A DNA stretch of 64,000 nucleotides. Origin: Eledone cirrhosa (taxonomy: Eukaryota). The stretch spans positions 262,198,001 through 262,262,000 of the forward strand of contig OZ024740.1 of NCBI GenBank assembly GCA_964016885.1. The letters are read 5' to 3'. Positions 33,040 through 51,889 of this stretch are shown piece by piece. The notes under the pieces were generated by a model. That model was not told the origin of the DNA, did not search any database, and was given only the letters and a program-made list of their open reading frames with translations. Positions within the stretch are counted from its first letter, which is position 1, and every line of letters begins with the position of its first letter. Position numbers and translations under genes: made by a program.

Positions 33040-33612
33040 AAGGGTGATAGATTGGCAGTATCGGTAGAGTGTTAGGTATTATGCTACGTGGCACAGAGTT
33101 ATGATTTTAAATCGTGCCGCATCGAACTTTGCCCTTCATCCTTACGGAGTCAATACATAAAGCACCAGTAACGCACTGGGGTCGATTTAATCGACTTCTT
33201 CCTCCCTTAAAATTACTGGCCTTGTGCTTAAAGTAAAAATAAGAATTATTTTTATTATTTTTAGAGTTACAGCCCTTTGTATTCTGAGTTCAAATCCCAC
33301 AGAGGTTGGATTTGCCTTTCATTTTGTTAGGGTGGATAAAATAATGTACCAGTAACGCACTGTGTCGATTTACCCGATTTTCCTTCATCGCTCAAATTGT
33401 TTCTGCTTTTTGGCACAAGGCCAGCAAATTATCCAGTGCATTACTGGTACTTTATTTTATCGACCCCGTAAGGATGAAAGGCAAAGTTAACCTCGGCGGG
33501 ATTTGAACTCAGAATGGCAAGGGCCGTAACTATGCGTCAAAGCATGGCGTCCGACCCTCTACCGATACTGCCGCTCAAATTGATGGCCTTGTGCCTAAAT
33601 CAGAAACAATAA
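33040..33612. mobile_element. SINE cluster: two + copies, with a - copy (~33398-33572) nested in the second
   Basis: B-box and core motifs on both strands; CGCTCAAATTG is duplicated on either side of the nested copy. Confidence 0.8.
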
Positions 33613-33879
33613 GTGATCAACAATGAGAGATATCAGCTGTGTCGACAACCTTATTTGAAGCTATAATGGACTTGAGGTGGTTGAACTAAACCGGATTACT
33701 CCTCATAGCATCTTAAATGTTACAATTACAAAGGGTGTTTAACTCTTAATCGAAAAGATGGGGGATTCACATCGTTTCTTGGGCAACTTAAACCTGGTGG
33801 AACGCATCTCCCACCGGGTCTGGACAGAGCCGACTTCTTGCAAGGAAAGAAATTCGCAAACGTGAAAGAGGAAATGAGA

Positions 33880-34016
<137 letters not shown>

Positions 34017-34514
34017 CAGAAAAATAAGAAGTAACAAAACAAGTACTGAAATGTTGCCTTATTTTTCGGCTTCCTAATCATGTTTATGCAAGTAAATCTA
34101 ATCCATATGCCCCCAACATGAATCAAATATAAGAGTCAGTCCCCCTCGTGGTCCTGACCGGCAGGATAGGGCTGAGGCCACTTATAATGGCTGAAGGGTT
34201 GACAAAATAAGTGTGGAACAATTACTGGTAGTATTTCAGTCAACTACATATCTTCCTTGAACAATTGAGATGATACATGCGAGGTGGCTTGACCTGCTAG
34301 AAATATCAACCAAATCTCCTTTATACCATATTATCAAAATCTTGAAAAATTCAGTATTAGGTAGGCAATGAAGCCCCCCCCCCCCCCACCACCACACACA
34401 CACACAAACACAAACAAGAAAAATTCCTAACGATCACATTTGGAATATCTGTTCAATCAGTACTATCATGAGGATAAGGAACAGCATTTGTTGTCTTGTA
34501 TAAATTATTTATTT

Positions 34515-34735
34515 GGCGGAGTCATTAGAACGTCAGATAGAATTCTTTGCGGTATTCGTTTGTCTGCTCGCTGGTCTTCAAATCCTGCCGCGGTCAACCT
34601 TGCCATTCATCCATTCAAGGTCGATAAAAAAAGTACCAGTCAAATACTGAGGTTAATTCTTCCTCTATATCTTCTTTTCACTTCCATTCTTTCTCTCTCT
34701 CTGTCCTTCTGTGGAGGAAATATACTGTATTCAGG
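34515..34735 (+). mobile_element. Older SINE subfamily copy; related copy at ~58200-58430
   Basis: TTCAAATCCTGCCGCGGTCAACCTTGCCATTCATCC..GTCGATAAAA; shares a 3' tail with the 58200 copy. Confidence 0.65.
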
Positions 34736-35542
34736 CTCCACCAGGTTTGAGAAAATGCCTGAGAAACTATGTATGTTAATACGGCGTTCCTACGACTCCC
34801 TCGGGAGTTATGGGTCCATACATACATAAAGTATTAGAAGACATCTCAGTTAATCATCGAGAGTGAGTTGCAATCGCTTGACGAGGGGTTCCACAACAAG
34901 GATTTTATCAAATACGCTATTAGAAACTTTAATAAACTAATGAAGCATTATAAAACATCAGATTTTCAGCCTTTTAAATTTGTGGTTTTGAGATGAGACA
35001 AAAAGAAAACGGTCTAGGATGGCGAAAATTGTTATAAAAAGTAGAATGTTGTATTATAGGATTTATTTTATATGATGTAGAATTATCGTTTTCGTTTTAA
35101 ATCCCAGTATCATGTACCCATGCATTGAAAATATAAAATCTATGTAAATGTCGAGGTCAACTAGATGAACTAAAATTCTCATTGTTCGGCAAAAATTAGT
35201 TTTATATTTTGGATATAAGTATTTGGTGGTTCCCTAATCCTAAAGGGTCGATGTTGGAAAGGGGAAATGCAATGGGAGGGAGGTTTCCAACACGTGAATG
35301 AATTTAAACTGGAGCCTAACATTGCAATCGTCAAGTTTCTGTTTTCTCACTTTTAACAGCAATCAGTGAAGCATACAAAGCTGTGTTATACATTTAAAAT
35401 TAGCTGAAATCATGTAATTCTATGACTGTGACTATGATCCAAATCAACAAGATCGCAGACTTCTTTCGTTTACCGAGTGGAATGGAACTCCTCAAAGCGG
35501 ACCAAGGAAACAATGTTTCCAGTATTCTTTCCAATTGCTATT

Positions 35543-35730
35543 AATTGCTTCTACTTTTGGCACAAGGCTAGCAATTATCCCAGTGTATTACTGGTACTTT
35601 ATTTTATCGACCCCGTAAGGTTGAAAGGCAAAGTTAACCTCGGCGGGATTTGAACTCAGACCGTAAAGGGCCATAACTCTATGCCGCAAAGCATGGTATC
35701 CGACTCTCTACGGGATACTGCCAATCCACT
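35543..35730 (-). mobile_element. tRNA-derived SINE
   Basis: Full reverse-complement copy. Confidence 0.85.
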
Positions 35731-36077
35731 GCTAATAATGTCTACCAGTCACAATACTTAGCAGTTCAAGAAAGAATAAATAAAATCATTACTAATTCTG
35801 TTGGCTGTTTGGTATAACATTATAGGGTGTTTCAATAAAAATTATTCATTGGAAAGTATTCATTAGATGTGTTAAATCTCATAATGTTTTCAGAGGTAAC
35901 AGTTACATTTTAAACTGCAGTGTAACAATACGTTTTCAGATAGATCTGGAAAAATGTAAAGAATATTTTTTGCTTAGGAACTTATCTTTTATTTATTACT
36001 TTACTGTCCATTTTGATATTATATAATAATGGATTTTGTAAATATACATACAGCTATATGTTATATATATATATATA

Positions 36078-36172
<95 letters not shown>

Positions 36173-36689
36173 TTTTAGTATGCAAAGACATTTTGCGCAT
36201 TTAACATAAAAAACGAAATTGGGATTGTGTGACGTTCGTATTTTTTTCCCAAAGCGAATAGAGGTATCTTAAATATTTAAACAAAGGAAAAAATCAATGG
36301 TGATTGTCTTCGTCAAAAGACAGAAAAGTGAATAATAAATAAAGTAAGTAAATAATTGTTTGCTAAAATTCTGTGTTTAAACCGATATCTTTCGATTGTT
36401 CAAGTCAAATGTTGCTTAGACATTAAATATATATTTATATAAAGAAAAATATAAAGAAAAAATTGACTCGTGTACACTTGCAAACACACAAATACGTACA
36501 TACGCAGAACCCAACACATATATAGCATATATTAAAAAAGACATCAGCATAGAAAATATTTATGCACATAGAGAATTGATGAACGAGAAAATAATGAAAT
36601 AGGAATAACGAAAGCCAACAGTCCCTTTCAGAAATAGTAATAAATGAAAATATATATTTTTCATTATATACATTCCAAACCTATTTTTA

Positions 36690-37190
36690 GCGTACGAATA
36701 TCCGAGTGCTAAAAAATATGAAAGTCCACAACACCATCAACCACAAGAGTTCATTCCCACCAGGATGATCTTGCAGAAGGCCAGAATTATGCCCCCTTCA
36801 ACAACAGTGTAACATACCCGCAGTAATATATGAGGCTGAAGTTACATCTACTCGACAAACCAGCAGCAGGTGGTCAAAACATATGTAGGCATAGCGGAGG
36901 CCCGGTTTAAAGAACGCTTCTTTAATCAGCAGACGACCTTCAGACACTCTGATAAGCGATCATCACCAAAGCTAGCAAGCCACATATAATCACTCAACGA
37001 TGCAGACCTCTATTATTCCATTCAATGGAAAGTTCTGATCAAATCCAGGCCATACGGAAATGGGAATTTGTCCTGTATGCTCTGTATCAATGAAAGAATG
37101 TGGCGGTCACGTAATCGTACTTTTCTGAACACAAGAGCAAATTTTTTAATTGCTGCCCCCACGCTATGAAGTACATGTTACGTAACTAAA
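36690..37190 (+). pseudogene. Decayed Hydra-like PLE GIY-YIG fragment
   Basis: SCRRPELCPLQQQCNIPAVIYEAEV..KTYVGIAEARFKERF..KLASHI*..SIQWKVL..CMLCINE. Confidence 0.8.
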
Positions 37191-37547
37191 AAGACCCAGT
37201 ATAAATCTTACTTAGAATGAACTAACTCAAACGAAATTGTTTCCCCAGCAGCAGTCTAACTTGAGCTTGTCATTGTACACAATCCAGTCACTTCATATAC
37301 ACTTCCGTTCGCAGCACAACCTCACTCGGGTTGAAAATCAGCTAGTTGAAACATTGTCCTCGAGTATGACTTGCTAATTGGAAATGAAACTAACTCCCCC
37401 CACCTCCCTCTCTCTGTATATATGTATATATGTATATAGATATATAAACATACATACATTCAGTTCAGTACCGCATATTTTCAAGTATAATGTCGTAAAT
37501 CAAGTCTTTAGCCATGTTGAAAACATAATAATTTCTCTAGTGTGGCA

Positions 37548-37728
37548 GTGGATTGGCAGTATCGGTAGAGGGTCGGACGCCATGCTTTCCAGCATAGTTA
37601 CGTCCCTTTACGATCTGAGTTCAAATCCCGCCGAGGTTGACTTTGCCTTTCATACTTACGGGGTCGATAAAATAAAGTACCAGTAATGAACTGATTAATT
37701 GCTGGCCTTGTGCCTAAAGTAGAAACAA
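37548..37728 (+). mobile_element. tRNA-derived SINE with probable target-site duplication
   Basis: Full copy; AATAATTTCTCTAGTGT on both sides (~37527 and ~37728). Confidence 0.85.
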
Positions 37729-37879
37729 ATAATTTCTCTAGTGTTGATGCCACAAGAAAATGCATCGGAATGTTTTGTGATGTTTTGCTATGTCAAAACT
37801 AGTTGACAGATCGTTATCAATATTTGTAGTATGAGAATAGGTATGCTTAAAGACAAATACGATAGTAGTAATGTATGAC

Positions 37880-38050
37880 TGTGTGTGTGTATGTGTGAGT
37901 GTGTGTGTGTATGTGTCTATGTGTGTGTGTATGTGTGTGTGTGTATGTACGTGTGTATGTATGTGTGTGTGTGTGTGTATGTCTCTATGTGTGTGTGTAT
38001 GTGTGTGTGTGTATGTACGTGTGTATGTATGTGTGTGTGTGAGTGTGTGC

Positions 38051-38087
<37 letters not shown>

Positions 38088-38549
38088 TATGTGTGTGTGT
38101 GTGTGTGTGAGTATGTGTGTGTGTGTGTGTGTAAGATAGAGAGAGAGAGAGACAGTATGTATGTGTGTATGTGTGTGTGTATGTGTGTAGGTGTATGTAT
38201 GTGTGTATGCATGTGTGTGTGTGAGTGTGTGCGTATGTGTGTGTGTGTGTATGTGTGTATGTGAGTATGTGTGTGTGTGTATGTGTGTGTGTGTGTGTGC
38301 GTATGTGTGTGTATGTATGTGTGTGTGTGAGTATGTGTGTGTGTGGGTGGGGTGGGGGGGGGGTGACTGTGTGCGTATGTATGTGTGTGTGTGAGTACGT
38401 GTGTGTGTGTGTGTGTGTATGTGAGAGAGAGAGAGAGAGAGACAGTATGTATGTGTGTATGTGTGTATGTGTGTGTGTATGTGTGTATGTGTATGTATGT
38501 GTGTATGTAGGTGTGTGTGTGAGTGTGTGCGTATGTGTGTATGTGTGTA

Positions 38550-38634
<85 letters not shown>

Positions 38635-38635
38635 A
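37880..38635. repeat. Degenerate (TG)n/(GA)n microsatellite array
   Basis: Read directly. Confidence 0.9.
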
Positions 38636-39175
38636 GTATATGTGTGTAAATGTTCATGATAAATACTATCCTATAAATCAGCTGGGATATTTTATTAACA
38701 AACGTTGAATGAAACTGTAAATGTAGTACACGTCAGACCTGGAAATTAGGAGAGTGTCGTTGACAGTGTAGACTCTACACCAACTATTTACCATATATCC
38801 CAGCAATTTCTAGTCACCATGTGAAGTTTAGTTTGTCATTTTATCTGGTAGAAATAGCAGTCAAATTCTCAATTCATCTCTTATTGTCTTGAGAAAAGAG
38901 GTCACGTTAGATAACCCGATCTTGGCTTCAGTGTACCTAAAAAATGACAGGTGCAATATTTCTAGAATGTATTTTATCAGATGTTTCTTCAATCGGGATT
39001 GGCATGGGTAAAACAACAACAACAACGTTTGTAGCAATTATTCCAATCTCCTTAAGACAATATCTTTTTAATTCAACATTTTGCTTCCCCGTTTAGGTGT
39101 TTCATCAAGCGACAGTGAAATAATGAAGGAGCGGGGGAGAGAGAGAACACAAAATGAGAGAGAGAGAAAGTACAA

Positions 39176-39259
<84 letters not shown>

Positions 39260-39646
39260 GGATGGACGGAGAGATAAATGGAAAGACAGAAAGGAAGATT
39301 AATGTAAATAGCGTCCTTTTAGTATAAGAAGAGCCAACACGCACCAATTCCTCCTTACGACCTACGAGCTGTCTACATACCCCCGTTCACGCTCAATTGA
39401 CTCATTATTCTCACCTCACATCTTTTTCATCCCAAAGATTACGTCACTCTTGAGGCACGCACTAACCATTCCAACATTCTCGTAGACATTATCTTTCCGG
39501 AATACATTCCACGACCGTTGTTTTATTCGTTTTCTGGTTCCAATCATCATCCATGCTGAGTCGCCGCCTTAAGAAGATTTTAGTCGACCCTATCAAGCTC
39601 AACACTTATTTTTCCAAGCCAAGTAGTTATTTCATATCGATCCATA

Positions 39647-39709
<63 letters not shown>

Positions 39710-39712
39710 ACG

Positions 39713-40150
<438 letters not shown>

Positions 40151-40277
40151 ATATATATATATATATATATCTATGATATATATATATATATAAATATATA
40201 TATACATATATATAGATATATATATATATGGTTTTATAAATATAGTTTTATAAATATAGCTTCCATTTGTTAATATC

Positions 40278-40336
<59 letters not shown>

Positions 40337-40340
<4 letters not shown>

Positions 40341-40468
40341 GTTATTCCGGGTTGAATCGGAGGTAACCACAGTAAGTAACGTACTCAATACATTGCAGAG
40401 TATAAAAGTTTAAATATAGATGAGATTCTACAGGACTAGAACTGTTTCATTCTTGAGAAATCATCAGG

Positions 40469-40472
<4 letters not shown>
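40337..40472 (-). mobile_element. ~135-nt mini-insert consisting of an HHR (40425-40471) and a tail
   Basis: ATTC-CTGATGA-TTTCTCAAGAAT-GAAA-CAG-TTCTAGTC-CTG-TA-GAAT. Homologs at 51698-51872 and, degraded, ~22616-22662. Confidence 0.7.
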
Positions 40473-40511
<39 letters not shown>

Positions 40512-40514
<3 letters not shown>

Positions 40515-40765
40515 GATATTAACAAATGGAAACTATATTTATAAAACCATATTTATTTCATTATACATATTTCAAGGACACCAAGTTAAATTACGGTGTG
40601 CTTTCATCAGATAAAATATAATATAGAGCAGTTTTATAAATAAATATTGACATACCCTTACAGAATGCAACCATTACTGTTGGAAGCTCCGGGATAGTGG
40701 GTTTATAACTTTATTTATACTATTATGTAAATTAGTATTGGATATTTTTAAATAAGGCGTTGAGT

Positions 40766-40842
<77 letters not shown>

Positions 40843-40888
40843 ACAAGAGAGAGAAACAACTTTTTTCTTTCTTCGTTTTTCTCTCTCT

Positions 40889-40973
<85 letters not shown>

Positions 40974-41320
40974 CTCCGTAACCCAACGGCTTATTTAAAA
41001 ATATCCAATACTAATTTACATAATAGTATAAATAAAGTTATAAAACCACTATCCCGGAGCTTCCAACAGTAATGGTTGCATTCTTTAAGGGTATGTCAAT
41101 ATTTATTTATAAAACTACTCTATATTATATTTTATCTGATGAAAGCACACCGTAATTTAACTTGGTGTCCTTGAAATATGTATAATGAAATAAATATGGT
41201 TTTATAAATATAGTTTCCATTTGTTAATATCGTATTTTTACTCCAATTATTTGTTGAGTGCTTTATATCAGTTATAAAAATATTTGCTTGTTGTATCCCA
41301 ACAATTTAAATAGAACTTTT
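40512..41320. mobile_element. Fold-back PLE end; HHRs at 40554-40618 (-) and 41128-41192 (+)
   Basis: Arms ~40512-40858 and ~40875-41234 include (GA)n/(CT)n. HHR: TATTTTAT-CTGATGA..GAAA-TATGTA-TA-ATGAAATA. Related to 8131-10650. Confidence 0.85.
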
Positions 41321-41342
41321 ACATATATATATATATATATAC

Positions 41343-45387
<4,045 letters not shown>

Positions 45388-45389
45388 AT

Positions 45390-45477
<88 letters not shown>

Positions 45478-45481
<4 letters not shown>

Positions 45482-45906
45482 GAAAAATTGAACAGGGACA
45501 GAACAGAGAGGCAGTACGATAAATGTTTATTAAATTCACGCTCAGGAGAGTGGGGGGTAGGTGGGGACGACGTTTCGGGCATAAGCCCTTCTTCAGGTGA
45601 GAGTTCAAAAGGTGTGTAGGGGAATGGTGAAGAGACATATAGCGAAAGGAAACGGTGCGAATGAAAAATTAACAAATAAAGACAAAAATATAATAAATAA
45701 TAAATAAAAATAAAGCATGATCAAAATACAAGGAATGAGAAAATTTAAAAATAAAGGCATGATCAAAATAAACTGAAATTAAAAGGGGGGTAAACAGGTG
45801 GTGGAAGGGTGTGGGGTGAGTAGAGGTGGCGGCGGGTGGAGTGGGGAGAGGGAGACGGGGTGTCCGAGCGGGGAGGGCTGAAGGTGGTGTGTGTGGTTAG
45901 GTGTGC

Positions 45907-45951
<45 letters not shown>

Positions 45952-46461
45952 AAAGTGAGGGTTGGGGGAAGAAGGGGGTTGCATGTTCAGGAAGGTGTGT
46001 GTGGGGGGGGGGTTTTGTGGGTCGGAGGGTCTGTGCGTGTGTGGATAGGGGGTGGGGGGGAGAGGAATCAGGGGGCTGAGGGTGTAAATATGTGGTGGGA
46101 AGCACGTGTGTGTGGTTTAAGCGTGTTGTCGGTGTGGGTGGCGTGTGGATAAAAAAAATTTTTTTGGGGTGTGTGTGTGGGTGAGTTATATACGTGATGG
46201 TGTAAGAGGATGGTTGAAAAGTGGTAAGTTACACGGATGTATGGAGATTTTGGTTGGAAGTCAATAACGCGTGTGGTAATCCAAGAAGCGGTGGTCGGAA
46301 GAGGAGAGATGTGGGGTGCGCGCGCAACAGGAAGTGGTCAGCAGTGGAAGTGCTGTGGTCAGTTGGTGCTGAGACAGTGGTCGGAAGGGCATAGCAGCAG
46401 TCGGCGGAATGGTAGGGAGGCGAGGATGGGTAGGTGTGAGAGTTGGAGTGAGGAGGGTGTG

Positions 46462-46494
<33 letters not shown>

Positions 46495-46930
46495 ATTAGT
46501 AGGGGTGTTAGTGGGATGAGTGAGTGTGGAGCGGGGAGAGAAGGGTGTGTGTGGTTCTGTGGAGGGAGTGTGGTGTACTGGTGTGTGTGTAGTTTGGTGA
46601 AGAGGTGTTAGTGGGTGTTACTATACGGGAGGTGGGGAGGGGTGGAATGCAGGTGTGAGTGGGGGTTAGTGGGGGTAGGGTGATGAGCTTTTAAGATAGT
46701 TGTTTGAGTGGTGGAGGTGTGTTATCCAACACAGAAGGTGAAGCAGAAAAAACACAGGATAGTAAAATCCAGAGGATGTGTGTAAGCCCATTAATGGTGT
46801 GTAATTATTATTGTTCAATCTGTAACTGTGAGTCCTTCATGGTTAGATGATCACGGATTAAAACCTAGTGTAGTGTTCAGTCGGTAGGAACGTGTCAGTC
46901 GTAATTTTACACAACCAATAATGCACCTTA
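45478..46930 (-). mobile_element. C/CA-rich PLE-like 3' region ending in a minimal HHR core (45566-45599)
   Basis: CTGAAGA-A-GGGC-TTAT-GCCC-GAAA-CG-TC; stem I is only ~2 bp; flanked by (TA)n. Confidence 0.55.
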
Positions 46931-46939
46931 CTATATAAC

Positions 46940-47044
<105 letters not shown>

Positions 47045-47070
47045 TAAAATAGATGTTCTTTTGATCAATT

Positions 47071-47127
47071 ACATTTTATTATACATATTTCGGATGTACA
47101 ACAGTACGTCCTCATCAGACAAAATAT
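47071..47127 (-). ncRNA. Type I hammerhead ribozyme
   Basis: ATATTTTGT-CTGATGA-GGACGTAC-TGTT-GTACATCC-GAAA-TATGTA-TA-ATAAAATGT. Confidence 0.8.
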
Positions 47128-47511
47128 AATGATACATGACACCCTGAGATGTTAAATGGTTAAGATTTAATCAAGGTAGTATACATATATATAATCAAGG
47201 TAGTATACATATATATATGAGAGAATCGTTTTTACTGAAAATATCGAATAATGTACACCATTTTTACTAGTATCACAAAAATACTGGTCCACCCACACAC
47301 ATTCTCTCACACACACACATATATACACACACACACATATATACACACACACATACACACGCGTACATTAACATACAAAAAGACATATACACACACTTCT
47401 CCGTATAAGACAAGAGCTGAAAAATATCTTTTAACATGTTAAAATATCCCCCACACACGTACAGACACATTCCTACTGACCATCCCTCTACCACGAATTA
47501 CTCTGCTACAC

Positions 47512-47546
<35 letters not shown>

Positions 47547-48637
47547 CACACATACACACACACACACACACACATACATATTTGTTTTGAAAGACTTAGT
47601 TTTCAGTGACTTATCAATCAGCCTACACAAACCTACATTTGGCGCAAAATCAATTTTTAACATTCACATGACCTCTACCGACCAATCAAAATTGTTTTCA
47701 CCACAAGAATTTTTGCAACACGAATTGGCGCGAAACTTATTTTAATACATCTGGAGCCACTTTTTTCACATAAAACAGGTAGAATTTCCAAAACTAATCA
47801 GATTAGAGCAAACATCACGGGCGCTCTATCACAAAATTATTTTGAAAATTATTTTGAAAATTATTTAGAAATGCGCAACCGGTAAAACTTAAAACCAAAA
47901 CTGAATACTAACCAATACTATTACTAATTTTTACTTATTCCTAATTAAACTATTTTTCACTGGGAACAATTTGTCAGCATTTTCTTTTCCGTTTACCAAT
48001 ATATATATATATATATATATATAAACCACAAACATGGCGTGGTTCATAATAGGGATACATATGAAAGCATATATAATATGTTTACAGGAGTCGTGTAATG
48101 AATGTTCTAAGCTGTAGTATTTTCACAGCTCTCTCAATAGGAGCGTGAAAACGCCAGACATTCGTTCTGTTTCGAGATACGTATTGCTTATTGCATCTAC
48201 TTCTTCACTCGGTACTGAGACAAGAATAAGTTATGACTTATATACATTTTTGAGAATGAAACATCGACTGGAGATGCCCATTTGTATGCAGAGTGATCTC
48301 AGCCGGCGAGGAGTACTTCAAGTAGCACTAGCATAGTCTGCATCATAATAGAGATGTATATGAAGGGATATACAATATACTCATGTATAATAAAAATACT
48401 TTTGTCTCACTGTGAATATTATAAGTGTTGATCAAGTCACGGTATTTTAGAGAGATTTTAGAGATATTTGCGTATAAAACCTGCCTTCATATACACTTCT
48501 CTTAGGAATTACGGCCTGTTAGTACTATTGCAATTAATACTAGTCTAATAGTATCGTACTGCATGCAATTGGGATTCTACAGAAAATGTTACATGCAAAA
48601 AAAGTAAATAAATACTTCTATTATAAATATACATACA

Positions 48638-48698
<61 letters not shown>

Positions 48699-49259
48699 CA
48701 GGAAAGAAGGTTGACATGGTTTGCTATACAAAAAAGGTTTTTAATCTCATAGCTGACAATTGTTTCTCTGAACTGGTAGGTCTAGAGATCGCTATTCGCT
48801 TATTTTCACGTTACTCGATCGCCAATACAAAATTATAACCAGTCAGTTCTTCGGAGCATGCGAGAATGAAGAGAATACACAGGCAAGAAAAGAATATACA
48901 GGCTACTATATGAAGTAGTAATGGCATTCAGTTAGAACAATAACAACAATTACAACAATGCTATTAATAAATTATTTGAGGACACCCTGACATTACTTAG
49001 GTGGGGGGTATAGTGTATCTAAGATTTCGGCGTGTAAAACTAGCTGTCATAAGGCAAAAGTAAAAGTTTGGCATGTACAGAGTATCGAAGTGTGTATCAA
49101 TTTTAAATTATAAAGGTAAGCCAGTGTTTACAGTCTTTCTTTTCATCTTCAATAACATACATGAGTGGGACAACACTGTCAAAGCTAAATAGTTGTTGAG
49201 TTAATACAGAGGTTAAGGAGGTAATATACGCATATATTTATACACACACACGCACACGC

Positions 49260-49306
<47 letters not shown>

Positions 49307-49622
49307 CATGCATGTGTACATAGACACATACATACACATCAATATACACTCGTACAAAAATATACATACATGCAAAGAGATAAGCGTGCTAATTGTAATT
49401 ATGGCAAAAGGAAGGTAAAGTTACATTGTAGTAGTGATTTGAGAAAAACTAGGATTCAGGATCAAATGATGGCAGCAGCTGAGAAGGAATAAGTTTGTGT
49501 GTTGATAAGGTACTTACAGACATTTGTGTGGTATAGACTTGTGAAGGCTAGAGTATACTTAATGAATATATTTCTGTGGGTAGTAGGTATCCTAATTTAA
49601 AGCTATGTTGTGTTGGTTCGAT

Positions 49623-50774
49623 TCACGGAGGTTTGAATCTTATGAATTTAGTGGCAATTCTATGTCTGCAGAAGATAGATCTTTCTAACTTATTGTTAAG
49701 TAGCCTTTTTACAGTTTTGAGGATATACATTAGCTCAAGATCACATAGCCCGCAGTGGGACATACCTGTACTATAGGTTTTAGCAGCCGACAACTTCGAC
49801 CAGTTAATACTGTAGTTAGTGCTGCTGTCCTTCAGTTCCCATATTTTTTTGGCGAGGGTTGTGGAACCCATAAGTGCACGGTTTTTCATTGAGTGCCTGT
49901 GCACATACCATCTTTTTTTAAAAGAACCCGCGGTAGATCCTATGTAATTCCAGGTGGAGTTACCCGAGATGACCGTGCACATGTACACTAGGCTCGAATC
50001 GAGACATCTGTTCGCCAATGGGCACCTATCTGGTAGGTGACAGTTACAGTTTGAGGCGCTAATTTGTGCAGCTTTTACATTCCTGTTTAGTACTCTGTTA
50101 TAAGTGGGTTGTGATATATGCCCAATGGGGTTTTGCTGCTGCGCGTTTGTATGCGCTTGTGGTTGTGATGTTGTGATGTGTTTGTGCTTATAATTTGGTG
50201 CTACGTTATGTATAGGTGCAGTTGATTTACTAGAGATATTTCTGTGGTTGATCTTGCGTATGTGTGATTCTATGTTTGCTGCTGTTGAGTATGAGAGTTT
50301 TATAGTAGATCTATTGAGTATTTTGTGATATCTATGCGAGATAGGGAAGTGTTTATCTATTAGTTTAAAGAATGTAGAGGGCAGTCTAGTTTTTATAGAG
50401 TAGTTGAATATTGGGTTGAACCATAGGTATTTTCTTTGTCTGTTTCTTCTATTGTTTCTTGGGTTTACGTTATTAGTGTTTTGGCCGTTTACTCCAGGTG
50501 TTACGTGTCTAACCCTATGTCTAGTCAAGTTATTTCTATTATTATGTGAGCGGTTGGAGTAGTAATTACTAGGATTGTTTACGTTGTCTTTATTCACTAT
50601 ATACTGCAGTTTATCTTTATGACCGGCCCTACGTAATGCTGCATTATAATAGTCAGCATGCTCGTTAAAGATTTCTAGGTTTGAGGATAAGCGGGATATT
50701 CGGAGGGATATACTACGTGCTATGGATCTAATTATGGATTTGGGGTGGTTTGAGTTGTAACTAATGTAGGCAAG
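49623..50774 (-). mobile_element. Hydra-like PLE ORF (RT thumb, linker, GIY-YIG), open for ~384 codons; element spans ~48696-51000 with an inverted 3'-end copy at its 5' side
   Basis: LAYISYNSNHPKSII..YLWFNPIFN..CNCHLPDRCPL..SLVY..NYIG..FKKRW..CGLC..FCRH. 50777-50862 is the reverse complement of 48696-48781 and includes GAAA-CAATTG-TC. Confidence 0.92.
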
Positions 50775-51473
50775 AACCTACCAGTTCAGAGAAACAATTG
50801 TCAGCTATGAGATTAAAAACCTTTTTTGTATAGCAAACCATGTCAACCTTCTTTCCTGATTTATTATTACTGCAAGTGTTTACAACATAGGAATTACAGC
50901 ATACCCGCAGCATCACTATGAAAACGCCTTGTTGAGTCAAACCAAGCCAAGCGTTGATATCATCCACTACCTGGAATACCATAACTGGACTATACCTAAG
51001 TATATATTTAAAAGAATAGAGGTGTAACACACGAGTTATGATATATTGGTAAAAGGAAAAGAAAATGCTGAAATATATATATATATATATGATATATATA
51101 TATATATATATATTGGTAAACGGAATAGAAAATGCTGACAAATTGTTCACAGTTGAAAAATAGTTTAATTAGGAATAAAAGAGTATTAGCAATTGTATGG
51201 GTTAGTATTCAGTTGTGGTTTTAAGTTTTTAAGTTTTTAAGATCAGAGCAAACAACACGGACACTCTATCTCAAAATTATTTTTGAAAAGCATTTAGAAA
51301 TGCGCAACAGGTAAAAACTTAAAAACTTAAAAGCACAACTGAATACTAACCCATACAATTACTAATACTCTTTTATTCCTAATTAAACCATTTTTCAACT
51401 GTGAACAATTTGTCAGCATTTTCTATTCCGTTTACCAATATATAATAACTTGTGTGTTACACCTCTATTCTTT

Positions 51474-51538
<65 letters not shown>

Positions 51539-51659
51539 GCGTGAAATGAGTTTGAATTATTTTCCCACATCTTACGTTAATTATTTTTCCATTTTGACGT
51601 TATAATCACTTATATATTATGAAATACTGTTGGCTTCAACCTCACAATAATTTCTATAC

Positions 51660-51697
<38 letters not shown>

Positions 51698-51701
<4 letters not shown>

Positions 51702-51872
51702 TTAATATAGATGAGATTCTACAGGACTAGAACTGTTTCATTCATTAGAAATCATCAGGAATGAAACAGTTCTAGTCCTGTAGAATCTCATCTATATTAA
51801 AACTGTTATACTCTGCTATGTATTGAGTACCTTACTTACTGTGGTTACCTCCGATTCAACCCGGAATAACGT
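51698..51872. mobile_element. Fold-back of the ~135-nt HHR mini-element; HHR at 51716-51762 (-)
   Basis: The inversion junction shares GAAT (51759-51762); flanked by (TA)n. Confidence 0.75.
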
Positions 51873-51889
51873 ATATATATATATATATA

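Noticed and set aside
34900-36600. Possible host exons after acceptor-like TTTTAACAG (~35359)
   Set aside because: No sustained ORF, matching donor or recognisable protein similarity; cannot be supported without transcript data.
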